Origin: Catajapyx aquilonaris
Taxonomy: Eukaryota
Length of the DNA stretch: 64,000 nt
Direction of reading: 5' to 3'
NCBI GenBank assembly: GCA_000934665.2
Contig: JYFJ02001435.1
Span: forward strand, 1 to 64,000
Part shown: in pieces, positions 31,601-44,500 of the stretch
Layout: every line of letters begins with the position of its first letter
How positions within the stretch are numbered: the first letter of the stretch is position 1
Made by a program: the position numbers and the translations under genes
Notes under the pieces: generated by a model
Told to the model about the DNA's origin: nothing
What the model saw: only the letters and a program-made list of their open reading frames with translations
Database searches by the model: none

Positions 31601-33580
31601 CAGGGGTTTCCATGGCCATGGGCATGGAGGAGGACACGGCCACAGAGGTAATGGTCATGGAGGAGGCCATGGGGGTGGCCATGGCGGCGGACACGGGGGC
31701 GGACATGGAGGTGGACACGGAGGTGGACACGGAGGTGGACACGGAGGGGGGCATGGAGGAGGTCATGGAGGTGGCCATGGTCATGGTGGCCATCATCCAC
31801 CCCCGCCTCATGGTGGATACCAGGGACCACCCCCGCCGCCCCCGCACAAGCACCACCACTTGCCTCCTCCGCCTCCGAAAGGATTTGACGGCCACCACCA
31901 CCACCACCACGGTCCGCCCCCACCACCCCCGTCAGGTGGAGGAGGCTCGTATGGACCACCACCACCACCTTCAGGAGGTAGTGGTGGAGGAGGGGGAGGC
32001 TCCTACGGCCCTCCCCCGCCTCCCCCCGCACCTCCCCCATCCACTGGCTACGGGCCTCCCAGCGGTGGTAGCAGTGGTAGTGGCGGAGGAGGAGGGTCGG
32101 GGTCAGCCTCTGGGTCGGGCAACGGAGTCGAACTTGACCATGCACCATCCTACCAGGGCCCTCCATCCATTCCGCCTGACCCTTGGCCCCAGCCTATGCC
32201 GGACATGCCCAAGATCGTATCGCTGGAGGTCAAGTGCGAGAAGAATCTCATGCGGGTCTTCATCCAGTTCGACAAACCATTCTACGGAATCATATTTTCA
32301 AAAGGTCACTATGCCAACGTGCACTGCGTCCACCTGCCAGCTGGATCTGGGCGTGACTCGGCCCACTTCGACGTCAGCATCAATTCTTGTGGCACCGCGG
32401 GCAACACCGAAAATGGCCTGTACGGATATGGGTCACAGTCTGGATCTGGAACGTACTTCGAGAATATCATCATCATTCAGTACGACCCTCAGGTGCAAGA
32501 GGTATGGGACCAGGCTAGGAAGCTGCGATGCACGTGGCATGATCACTACGAGAAGTCGGTGACCTTCAGGCCTTTCCCAGTGGACATGTTGGATGTCGTT
32601 AGGGCAGATTTCGCAGGTGACAATGTTGGATGCTGGATGCAGATTCAGGTGGGGAAAGGTCCTTGGGCATCAGAAGTGTCTGGTCTGGTCAAGATCGGAC
32701 AGACTATGACCATGGTGCTGGCCATCAAGGACGACGAGAGCAAGTTTGACATGCTAGTTCGCAACTGCATGGCCCACGACGGAAAGCGTGCACCCATCCA
32801 GCTGGTGGATCAGTACGGATGTGTCACCAGACCCAAGCTCATGTCACCCTTCACTAAAATTAAGAACTTTGGAGCATCAGCCTCAGTGCTGTCCTACGCT
32901 TACTTCCAGGTATGACATTGCAGTTGCAGGTACACGGATCAAAAATTAATATCCATTTCTCTCCCATACAGGCATTTAAGTTTCCAGACTCGATGGAAGT
33001 CCACTTCCAATGTACCATTCAGATATGTCGATACCAGTGTCCCGACCAGTGTGCCGCCGACAAGAGCGGACCGCCAGAACCTTTCCACCACGCCCCAGGA
33101 CCTCCCCTGGGAGAGTACGGTGCACCACTGGGTCATCCATTAGGTCATCTGCCTCGTGACGAAAGGAGAGTACGTCGAGAGGCACCACCTGCTACAACCA
33201 CAGTGATGCCTTCGACTGTGCAAGTCAACATCACCAGCCCGAGAACATTAATAAAATCGATGCCAGGGATCAAGAACATTGGAATCAACAGGGTCATCCA
33301 GGTGGTATCCACTGGTGACCTGACCTTCGCCCTGGAGCAGCGGGAGGACGACAACACAACCGTGATAGTTGAGCCCAAGAAAGATAACGGATTCATCTGC
33401 TTAACTACACCTGGATTTGCAGCCCTGCTGGTCATCCTATTGGCGATTCTGGTTGTATCGTGTCTCCTGTCGGCATTCCTCTGTGTTAGGTACAGGCCAT
33501 TCTCCTTGGCTCTAGACAAGTGTTCCGTTGCCACAGTAGGCAATCCAGTCTTTGCTCAGAAGAAACAGGCTCAGTTTTAA
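22687..33580 (+). CDS. dy: ZP-domain transmembrane cuticle/apical ECM protein, Dusky family, about 804 aa
   Basis: Exons 22687-22734 (MIVAKLLLAALLLAVG), 31152-32909, 32972-33580. Signal peptide, Pro/Gly/His-rich region, ZP domain (MPKIVSLEVKCEKN...QYDPQVQEVWDQARKLRCTW...DNVGCWMQIQVGKGPWASEV...AFKFPDSMEVHFQCTIQICRYQCPDQC), furin-type RRVRR, TM helix and short tail. The dy versus dyl assignment is from recalled Drosophila sequence. Confidence 0.85.
28853..28923 (-). pseudogene. tRNA-derived relic (SINE head or tRNA pseudogene) in the dusky intron
   Basis: Minus strand reads ...TGGCTCTATAGCCTTCCACCTCAATGGTCCTGAGTTCGATCCCCTGGTGGGGCGGATTTTTTT: a B-box-like GAGTTCGATCCC T-arm followed by oligo-T. 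The 5' half is incomplete, so there is no intact cloverleaf. Confidence 0.45.
31659..31778 (+). repeat. Coding tandem repeat (Gly-Gly-Gly-His)x10
   Basis: Ten 12-bp units GGN GGN GGN CAY. Units 5-7 are identical (GGAGGTGGACAC); the rest differ only at synonymous positions. Confidence 0.95.
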
Positions 33581-35478
33581 AGATGGCCGGGGCTCAAGCT
33601 GTTCCCCGACTCAGATACCAGTACGGACGAAGCATTACAACACGTTTCTAACGAAACTCAAGATCCGGTGCCAAAAGTCAAGAATATCAGCTGCCAATCG
33701 TCCGTCCATCGATATGTGTCATGCCATGTTGCACGTGCAGGACGCCACGCCAAGTCTGGTTACTCAATGTTTCGACGCAGAATTTTTCACAAACCCGCCT
33801 CAACCCCTCTCAAAAGATCGCCAAAACAAGATGTTTGTCACTGGATTTTCTGCAGGTTTTTTACCTTCTTTCACTCACATCCTCACAGTTGCTCCTAGTC
33901 CATAGAGACAACAAGTTCTCTCCGAAAGTTTGTGAATTCTGCTTAAAGAGACGAAACTTCAGACTTCATTTAATGGTGGTTTCCGCGGAAAAAATGGATT
34001 TAAAAAAAACACTATGCATGCATGCTTCGTCCCCTACCAATATTTAAAAACAAGGCATTAGTGTTGTGTGACCAAAGCTCTAAAAATGTTAATAACAGTG
34101 GTAAGCGACCTTTATTATTTATTAAAGTCTTCCAGTCTTACCACGCGTTAATACACACAAAAAAACGAGGAAGAAATTTTCTAACTTGTTGATCATATTT
34201 ATAAAAGATATTATTTATGTAAGTTACGGTAGGAAACCAACACTAATGCTTCACTCACCTCTTTTCTACAGTTTTTACCCAACATAATTTTTCCCTGTAC
34301 ATAGTGTGAAACCAAAATTTTTTTCTGCCTCATGCATGTGCAGCATGTAAATACCTTTTCAGACATAAGTTATTTTATGTTAGTGGGGAACGATGAACTA
34401 TGCATGTCGACTGAAAGGAGTGAGTGTGATACAATACGTGTGACAATACTGATGTGCGTGTTGAGACTAACGTGATTTGTTTGTCGTATGTTTGTTGTAA
34501 TAAAATATATAAAAATTGTCGCATTTTTGTTCATTTTTTTGCAATATTGCTGTGCTGTTATTGTTCGTGTGTTATACAAGTGTTATAGCAATATTCTAGT
34601 TCCAAAAGGTGCAATAAGTAGTTCGTGATTTGCAACATAATCAAGACCAGCTAGTCATCAGTAGCATTGGCTTCGTTAAATGACTGCAGGTATGTCTACA
34701 TAGCCTTTTAACGAATAGTGTAGGTCAATCATTTCAGTAAATATTACACAATCATAATATTGAAACTAAATACCTGGAATACAGAATGATCGTGTCTACA
34801 TTTTGGCCGAAATTGACTTAAACATCATGTAATGTAGTTATTGTGATGCGATTTTTAGTGGTCAACCATTTTCATGATGGAGAAATTACAGACTCCAAAA
34901 TCAAGTTTGTTTGAAACAAGAAATGGCTCCTTCAGGTCTAATGAAATATTCTCAGTCTCCCACTTCACAAAATCATTCAAACGTTCTTCATTTCAGGTTT
35001 CCAATTATTTTGGTTTAAATTTATTGGAGAAACTAAGACAGGCCAACTTTAAAACTGCAATTGATTTAGCTTTGTAATCCTACATTTTGGATGTTACACC
35101 GACCACTCAATAAAACTACTGTAATTCTGCCATGTGTTGCTTAAAATTTGCACGGGTGAAATATCTCCTCGCTTATCCACCTTTCGTTGCTTTGTTTAAA
35201 ATTAGTGCTCATTATTCATTGTACAACAAGAAATATTTTCAACAAAAACGGGCTCAAATTAAAAATGCTGATCAAGTGGATAAGGTATACTGTATAAAGA
35301 ACTAAAATGTAAAAGAAAGTTTCAATTAGACCGATTTCATTAACTCAAGAAGGGAATTATATTTTTTGTCTTAAATTTCAGAGTGTAAGTTAAAGCCGAG
35401 CCGTTTTGTTTGAGTATAAAGTTGATCACTGCCTTTTAAATATTTAAAATTAAAAAAGTTACCACCTATTGTAAAAGG

Positions 35479-35583
35479 GTTCGGCCAAATACATCCTGGC
35501 ACTATGCAACCATCAACACTCCTTTTTTATCATAAAGTTCACCTTTTAGACGAGTGCTGATGGTTGCATATATTTGGCCGAAC
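35479..35583. mobile_element. Small inverted-repeat element family (related fragments at about 48531-48570 and 51492-51570)
   Basis: Arms GTTCGGCCAAATA...TATGCAACCATCAACACTC and GAGTGCTGATGGTTGCATA-TATTTGGCCGAAC. The core ATCCTGGCA(C/T)TATGCAACCATCA recurs at 48543, and TGCTGATGGTTGCATA recurs at 51533. Confidence 0.6.
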
Positions 35584-38500
35584 ATTTGTAGTCATGTAAT
35601 GCACACATTAGGTACACATCTAGCAATGCTAATTATTGTCCAATATTTCAGATAAAGGACACTGGTTGTGCCTTATTGTTTTTGTACAACGATTTTTGCG
35701 TAATTGTAAATTGCCATCAATGATTTACTGTTCCATTTTGCCTAAATTTTATTATTTAAAGAATACACTGATAAAAAACTCCAGAAGCATCTAATCTCTG
35801 TCAGTATACTGTATACTGTATACTGTATGCATTTAATGATCCCGCCTCAAATATATAAAGAGAGAACTTCCCTAGAGAGGGCAGTCAAACATGTCTCAGC
35901 AGTTTCAAGTGCTGATGATGTGCTGCCCTCACCACATATAATCCTAACTAAATTATTACCGTTTGAATACTTCAAATGCATAAGTAGTTGGATCTCCGAT
36001 TATAATATCAATACCACCGGTATAATTTCACACCCTGCAGCTATACAATAGAAACACAGTAGGACACTAAGCCTCTTGGGCTATTATCCCCTTTGCTATT
36101 GTCCCCTCCAAACGGCAATAACACATTGTAACTTGAATTATGATTCTGTAGAAAACTTCTACGCGTCACTATTTTAAGAAACTGTATTTTTTGGATTATT
36201 GGCTTTAACCCACAAAAAATGAAGGCCTGAATTGCATAATGGTCAGAGTGGCATTTTGGTAGAATTTGAGTTCAGCATAGTGTGATAGGTACTACTTGAC
36301 AGACGCTTTCTGATGATGAAATCAATTTTCTGAATAGTAATTTCAGCCAGTACAGTGTATAGAAATATTTGCAAACTAATAATAATCTAATAAAGGAGAA
36401 TGTAGACTAATCTTCAAACTTAAACCTTCACATCTCGAAATCACAGGTCAGATATGACTAGTCGTTCTGAATTTCAGTTCTTCAAATAGCACCACGTCAG
36501 GCATAGGATTACGTTTCTGCATGATGTAGCCCTGTAAATATTACCTTCCTTCAATATCATAGACTCTATAGTCACTCACAGTCAGAACAATCTTCCCGAG
36601 AAATCTAGAAACAAACTACCGAACAGGTTCTACTTCTATTGTTGTCTGTGGCTATCATATTACACCACATACATTGTGCAGTCTGCAGTGGCAAACACTA
36701 GAGTGTTGAGATTTTATCTTGTTACCCTTCACGAAAATTTGAGGCTTACTTGAACCAATTATTTCCTAAGTATAACAAAAATGACGTTATAAAGCACCAT
36801 CAAATTACTCTGCCAACGCCGTTGGTAATATTCCGAGGGAGACGAATCGAAACTGTTCCGGCAAGGCAATGCACTGTCTTGCATCAAAACATATGGCAAA
36901 TGTACCAAGTAATTCCCGGATAGAAGCATACAGTTACAACTCCCGAAATATTGCCACTTATCCCCTGACACATGTGGAGCCCGTGTCCAGCTGTCATCAG
37001 AGTGGTAAACATGCACTTATTTTTATTCTTCCTCGTCTATAAGGGTTTCGAAGACGTCTTTATATCGCTCCTTGAAAGGAGATCCGCTGCAGCTGCGGAG
37101 CGTCGAAATAAGTGACCGCAACAGGCTGTACAAAGGGTTCAAATATAGGACATCCCATTGACATGCATTTCTCAGATTGTGACGAAGGAGACCAGAATTC
37201 CTTCCTCATATCATGGCGGCACATCCTTTTCACTTTGATAAGAAAGAGAGAGAAAAAAAATGTGTAGGCCTACTAGCCATTCCGGAAGTGGCGGAGGGGG
37301 CAAGAAAAACCAGTTTTAGATACATATATTATTGTCCATGAGGACACGGCGCTCCCTAAAAGTCAGAGAAGACGCATTCCTGACCCCCCCCCCCCCTTCC
37401 TGGTGGCATTTTGTCCTCAGCATCTAAAAATGCCTAAATGTAAGTTGCCCGAAACTTATGGTGTATGAACAGTAATGATCCGGATTGGAAATAATTAATT
37501 TTACATCAGTCAGTCTCCACTATATACAAAATCTCTTGGATTCCTCTTGGTGAATGAAAAAAAAAGGAAAAGGCTGTTCAAAAGACACACCGGGTCACTA
37601 CTCAATAAAATATATTAAATGACATTTTTACGACTTTGAATTTTCTCGTGCAACTGGATTTCACATTTCGCAGAAGCCATAAATTCACTCTACTTGCCTT
37701 CCAGCATAAAAATAATTGCTTCAGATGAATGCCACAGTAATCAAAATATTTGAAATTGCGCCATTTCCGGTTGGACAACAATTTACTTAAGCCTATGTTC
37801 TGCACCAGTATGTCATCTAAAATTGGCATGGCTATACTTCTGTCATATCTAGGTTACAGGATGCACCTCAACCGCTGCCAACTGTTACGCAAACGCATTC
37901 CATCGTGGACTCATCCCAAGCGAAACCGTTTTTGGCCACCCTCCCAAAAATTTTCTCAACGACAATTGCGGGGTGTCCCTTTGGATGAATGGATAAGCCG
38001 GTCAAGATGGTAATCCCAAGACCTGCTAATCCCTTCCCTGAGACTGCAGCTGGAGTTGTCTAGAGGCGAAGGAGGAGACCCCCTCCCCCCCTCCTTTTTT
38101 ACCATGGCACGCGGGGTTCCCCTATCATTTGCACCAGGTCATCGCAAAAATTGACCACAAATCCCACGCACTTTTTGATTACCCCCTACACCTCCTATCT
38201 CCATACCCCTTTTGCGGGGTTCAATTACATCGATCATCTGCAATTCAGATCGATATCCAGAGAGAAGAGCACCATGCCGCATGCCTTTAGGCTTTATAAG
38301 GTCTCTATCTTGCAGGATGATTTGTTAGGGCCTGGATTGTAAACGCGTCTTTCCTGGGCCGAAGCTGCATTGCCATGTTTTGATTTCCTATAGGAATGCA
38401 CAGGGTGTCACATACCAGCGAGCTTGCACTTGTGGGAAATATATATTGGCAGAACGTATCTTTCAGTTCAATGTTTATTAATATATAGGTGCCTTTGCCT

Positions 38501-41500
38501 CATATCATGTACGTAGTGGTCCACGTGGGTTCCCAATCGCAGCTGATGAAGGGGAGTGTCGCAATAATATCGGTCATTGACCGAACGGGTTCGAGAGGTG
38601 ACGTGGCATTGCGCCAAGTGGTGGTTGAGGGTGGGGGGAAGATTTAAGAAAAAGGGGGGTGTAAGACGTATATTTTGCACGTATGGCCACGCATAAGCAC
38701 AATAGTATGTGTGGAATTTGGCCCTTCTGTACACCCCACTTCCCCCTATCCCTCAATCGTTCCTACCTATTTCTCCCAGCCCTCCAGCAATGCAGCCTTA
38801 ATTCTGCTCCCAGACATAACAGGTTCAGCAGACGTCTAGGTTTGGCATTTCCTTCGGTAAATACCAGCATTTCATCCTCTGCACTCAGTAAAACAAGCCT
38901 CGAGGGACATGCGATCGCTGTACTGTACAGTATGTCAAGTGTGCCTCGGGTCCCAGGCGTTTATCTTTCCACATTATTAACATCCTTTACAATCTCTAAT
39001 TGCTTTGATAAATGCGATAGTAATGATAGCCTTTTTGCCAGCGAATGATTTAGAAGTGCAATATCCGGATTTACTGGAATGTGTCACATTGAAATCTAGC
39101 CCCATAACATTAGTGCCGACTGATATGAAAAGTTCATCATGTTGTAGCTTATGCATCTTTGGGGAAGCATGCTGTCTGCTACTAGCGTTCAAATCGCCAT
39201 GTATTGAGTTGACCTGTATCCTACAATGTTTCTGAGAAGTGTGGCGTCGTTTCTTTCAAGCGAGCTTAAATTCTATGTAATTCCAATTAATAGGTGAATA
39301 ATTATTTGCCAGAAGCCCTGAAGATGTAAAGAAAAAAACAAGTTTCAGCAACACCTGTCCGGAAGGGTTTCACAAATTGCTTACTGCGTATAAAGAAGGT
39401 GGGAATTTTAAACTCTTGGAAGTTTTTTTTCCCCCCATACCAATATTTTTGTGGGTCATCGTAATAATACGCGACCAATTTTCCGGACCCTAGATTAACA
39501 GTTTCATTATGACAAGTGTGACCGAACCGTTTACCTAACAAAAGCGACGGTACATTTTTGAAGCATATAGTACACAACAGCGACTCTTGCGCAATAAGCC
39601 ATTAGCAATGCTAATTTCGTGCATCGTACTCCTATTAATCTTTTAAGTCATGTCTCGACCATTATGCTAATGGAATGATATTAGTATACTAAAAATCTGA
39701 CGCAGAAGTTATGACACCCCCAGAAGCAACACTCTAAAATGACTTGTATCTCCGTCGGTGGGCCCGAATAAATTACATCCTCAAGCCGCATCTGTCCGCA
39801 GGCTGCATCTACCTGGCGGCCACACGTATCAGGTTGATTGAATATCCAAAAGGTAGAATCAAATCCTGCCAAAAAGTCTGCACCACCCGCCCTCGCCCGC
39901 CCTTTTTGCTCAGACCCTCTCAGACGACCGATAAAAAATTCGCCAATTGTTGGGTGAAGGGAGTAGAAGGGAGGGTGGGTGGTGGGGGAAGGAATAAAAT
40001 AAAACCATCGAGTTACACAACCTCGTGTGGAATGACTAGCAGGAGACCCACCCACCCACCCCCACATATAATGTGTCTGCAACCCACCCAAACCTGTGGT
40101 GACGTCACAGGCATCCTTTCCTAGTGGCCACCGGCTCAGAGGCAACGGTTCTCGTGGCCAAACCGTAAATTTTCCTCCGCCAAGAACGCCGTCGGGGTCC
40201 GCAGGAGTCATTGCCCTCTGACCACCGGCCCCCTACGTATGTATGTGAATGTGTGTGGGTGTGTGTGTGTGCTCTTCTCCCCGAAAAAAAATGGGGAGAG
40301 TGGTCACACGCACATAGGGAATTCCCTTTTCCATTTTTACGAGTACTGTTGAATATAATATGCGTGGGAGTACACTGAATCAATGTCTACCATTTTAATT
40401 GTTGCGGTTCGGATATAAATTTGAACCATACGCTTTAATTGCAAGTACAGTTTTCAAGTGTGGTTCCGTTTGAATTTCAATTTTGAAGATTACATGTAGA
40501 TTTGACGTCGGAAGTATTTAGTTTCTTGGGGGAGGGGCTAGAGGGTTCGCATCCTTGTCCATACAGATGTCCATCTGGTTGGTACGCATGTCGCAATTAC
40601 ATAGCACCGAAAGAATCGCAAGTGGAAAGACCATAATCTTGGATAATACTTTCCTCTTCCCAACAAATTCGCGGAGTAACTTAAGGAAAATCACAGACAT
40701 TAAAATAATCGCATCGTTGGACCGTCCATGTCGAAAGGCAATGAGAGCCAGTTGTTAATGGCATTACCATCAATTTCCTCGCTTATTTTCAGTTGGATAT
40801 GTTCCATTTAGTGTGGGCAAAAGAGAGCTCTTAAGATTTTTCTCCATTCTGTTAGGATTAATGGACGGCTCATGGATTCTTACGGGATTTCTGCACACAA
40901 CAGTTTCATGGTTGGCTGGCTTGATCGTAACATCCGTTTACAAGTTTCTGGAAACATTGACGTGCCATTTGGACGTAATAAAAAATTGTGGCATTGTTAA
41001 ACTGAATCGCAGCCTAGGAAGGAAAAAAAAAGAGCTTCCCTTTATCTTACCGTGCCAAGGAGCTGCAGCTCCATCCCAGCATTACGTGACTACTCCAAAG
41101 GAATGTTATGCCCTACATTTTAATATTTAGGTCAATCCTGGTTCCACAACTTGTAGGAGGATTTTATTTTTATGGAGACATGTGGGATATGTAACCATTC
41201 GAAGATCAGGTTTTCTCATGTTATTTTCAGAAGCAGTAGAATAGTGTACATTCAGCAATATTGTAACGTGCACCATATATTTTTATAGATATATTGGCAA
41301 CAAAATATTTTTCGTTTATAACCATCTACCAATACGAAATTGGCAGTTGTCTATAAAGGAGGTTGCAATAAATCGCAAAATAATGTAAAATAGTATAGGC
41401 CTACTCGTCCTATGTTTCCTATTCCACCAAAATGTCGTAATTATTATATGCGGGGTTTTAATGCGGATAATTGGAATTGATTTTCATATTCTTGACTAGG

Positions 41501-44500
41501 CAATCAGCACAGTAACAATCGCATAAAATTAGCGCGTGTGAGTATATACGGTAATAACATTGCAAATTTATTCAGTTTTAATCCCCAGGAGGTTATTGTG
41601 TCACAACCTGCATACCGTAATTATAATAAATATTATGAAGTGCAGTATTTTTATATCGCACCTTCTACATGCATATCAAGAGAATTTCAGCATGTACAGG
41701 ATGGATGATAAATGGGAAACTAAATCAAATTTTGCAGGTATCACAAGCAACAATTTGTCCGAGTCTGTCAGTTGCATTTATGTGTAAACCTCCTAAGCCC
41801 CTATGCCATTGTTGCCGAAATACCCAATGCTGCTTTTATTTCCTTAATAAGAATTGTTTTTAAAAATGAAGCCAAACTGTTATTCAGGAACGGATGGCAG
41901 TGTTCAGGAAGAAGAAACAATTCCGAGAGCAGGTGGCGCCACGCAGAGAGGCCCATCCAAGCACCAGAATGAAGCCGGTTCTTCCGTGGCCCTCTTCAGT
42001 GGTCCAGTCGGCTTCTTCGGGCCAGCACGCCCATAGAGCCACTTCTTTTTCTCGGCACCCTGGTTCCCTCCGGTGCGTGTCATCCTCGCACTTCTGCTGC
42101 TGCTTTTCAGCCTGGATTTGTGCAGTTTGTGTGACTCGGGAATTATTTGCCCCATTCGTTGAGGTCACTTTGGTGTGCTCCCAATTACTCCTGTGAAGTG
42201 CTTCTTGTGCTTGGTGATTGCTATATCTCGGCAGCTTCCGTACCTGTGCCGCGGTTATTCAAAAGTAGGGTGTTTTGTATATTTAAATATTGCGCCATAG
42301 AAAATATATTTCAGATTGTATGTTTAAAATAAGCAATATATTTTTAAAAAACTATCCGCAGTAGTATTTGTACATGACTTGAACGTAATGTAGCTCTCAT
42401 TACTTAAGAGCATAATAAAGTCGTAACATGCATTTTACTTGAAATTTTATGAGTAGTGTTGCAGTTAGTGTGGGCTTTTCGGTATCCTATGCAATAATTA
42501 TTGGCATACATAATGCAGTTAGCGAAAAGGAGTGGTGCCCATCAGGTACAATGGGACTTTTATGTAACGTAGGTTGTGGCCCCACACGTTACAATACGGA
42601 ATAAGAAGAGTATGTTGAATTGCAAATTTCCTGGTCATTGCGCTGAGAAGGAAGGTCAGAGTTGATCGTACATGAGTGTCCCTGTTTATTAAAGATAGAG
42701 TTTAAAAAAATGAGTAACCAATATTTTAACATCATTATTAGACGGCTCTCCTGATTAGTATGTCCCAGACTAACAATTAATAATTAGGTAATGTATAAAG
42801 TGGCATGTTGGATGTGACACAAAATTAAGCATGTTGACATATGTACTGTATATCATTTGCTTCTCCCGTCACTTCCGGCGTCATAATATTTTAAAGTAAT
42901 AAAAAGTCTCCAAAATTAATTACAACACAGTTACGAGATATACATCACAAAATTGTTCATTGTACACTCAAGTAGCAAAAAAAATAAATTCATCTCAAAC
43001 TGCAGACTCCACCGAGCACAAAGAAGAACTCAATGATAAATAGCTGCATAAATGCTCCTCCTCATTAAATCCCATAATGAACGGCTGTGATTATTCATCA
43101 CTGTCTCTCTCTTCTCTACCTAAACAGCTGCGACGTTGCCTGAAGTGAACGTGCTACATCCGTATGCGTACGGTAGTCAAGAGCCGTGGGATGTGAACAT
43201 GCCAGGCACACGGAGGAGGGTCACTTCTTCCTGTGCCCCTCTTTACCACCATCGGACCCTCGGAGTGTCATCTCTATTGGCATGACTGTGAGCCTCCTCC
43301 CTTCCCAGCCTATCCTTTAAAAAAAGGACTCAAGTGTTTTGCCCACCATAAACCGACCAGCATGACACCACTTGTGAAAATCAGCAGAACACCACAACTT
43401 CTCCTATCTTGAAAGGAAGCCACTCGATCAGCCAAGCCTGAACAACGTGCGGTAAGTAGCCTATCTTCACAGGCGCCGGTGCCATTATTCAACCATGCTC
43501 TTTTCCTGCAAGATCGATGTGTGTCTTTTAGTGAGGTCGATGAGATACGAGTATTTCATTCGGGATTGGACAAACTGTGCGCGAATTTCAGTCACGAGAA
43601 GTCGTGAATGGGCTGGTGCCGAGTGGAACAATAACAATGTTAAGGCGCGAATATACTTCCCGGAATTTCCCATACCCTTGAACTTGCCCTTCTGGGTTGT
43701 CAAAAAATAAGGTGGAATGCCATTTATCAGAAGAGGATGTCGTCTGCATAAGGATTAGTGCGTGACGAAGACACCTTTTGTTGTAACGTGTGTTGTACAA
43801 TTCATGTGACCAATTATTAGAGCATTGAAATCTCAGATGACGTGACTTACATGGGAATCTCTCGAGATTTTAAACTCTCTTTGCAATAGGATGCAACACA
43901 CCACTATGCTTTGGATACCTAAGATACCTATACTTGAAATTATCGCCTAGAACCATATTCTACGATTCCCCAATTCCGCACCCTGTATTTAGTGACCTGT
44001 GTTACGTAACGGGGGCCAATTTCTCCCCTCTCTTCCTGCTGGCAGATTCAGGGAAAAATAATTCCAAGAATTGCAGGTATGAATAACGTTTCAACCACAA
44101 GTGTTCCGTAGCTTCTCACAAGCCAGCAGCATCTTCACTTGAATTCGAGATGAATTCATACAGTCATCATGGGGCTGCCTGAATTTTTCTAGGAAGGACT
44201 AACATTTACCGCTGCTATATCATGATGATCGTCACGCTTCTTCAGGCCTCAGGAATGACTTCAGGGTCGGCAACAAAATTTCCTCCTGGTAGTGAGGTTG
44301 TTTAGATAGGTTTTAGAGCACTACTATGCCCAACTTAGCCTACTTCTTAATCCAATCATTTAAACATACTGTATTACAATAAGTTACCACGACAACGACG
44401 AAACTTCCTTGCAACCTTGGAGCAGGCATCTCATACAGAAGTGTCGTTGATTGGCTCCTCACAAACCTACTTAAAATGCAAGGTGTAGGATATCCTGGAA

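Noticed and set aside
31540..32562. 340-aa alternative-frame ORF (MEVDTEVDTE...) and antisense ORFs 31375-32166 and 31485-31910
   Set aside because: These are shadows of the GC-rich Gly/Pro/His coding repeat, which lacks stops in other frames. They show no independent motif or splice signal.
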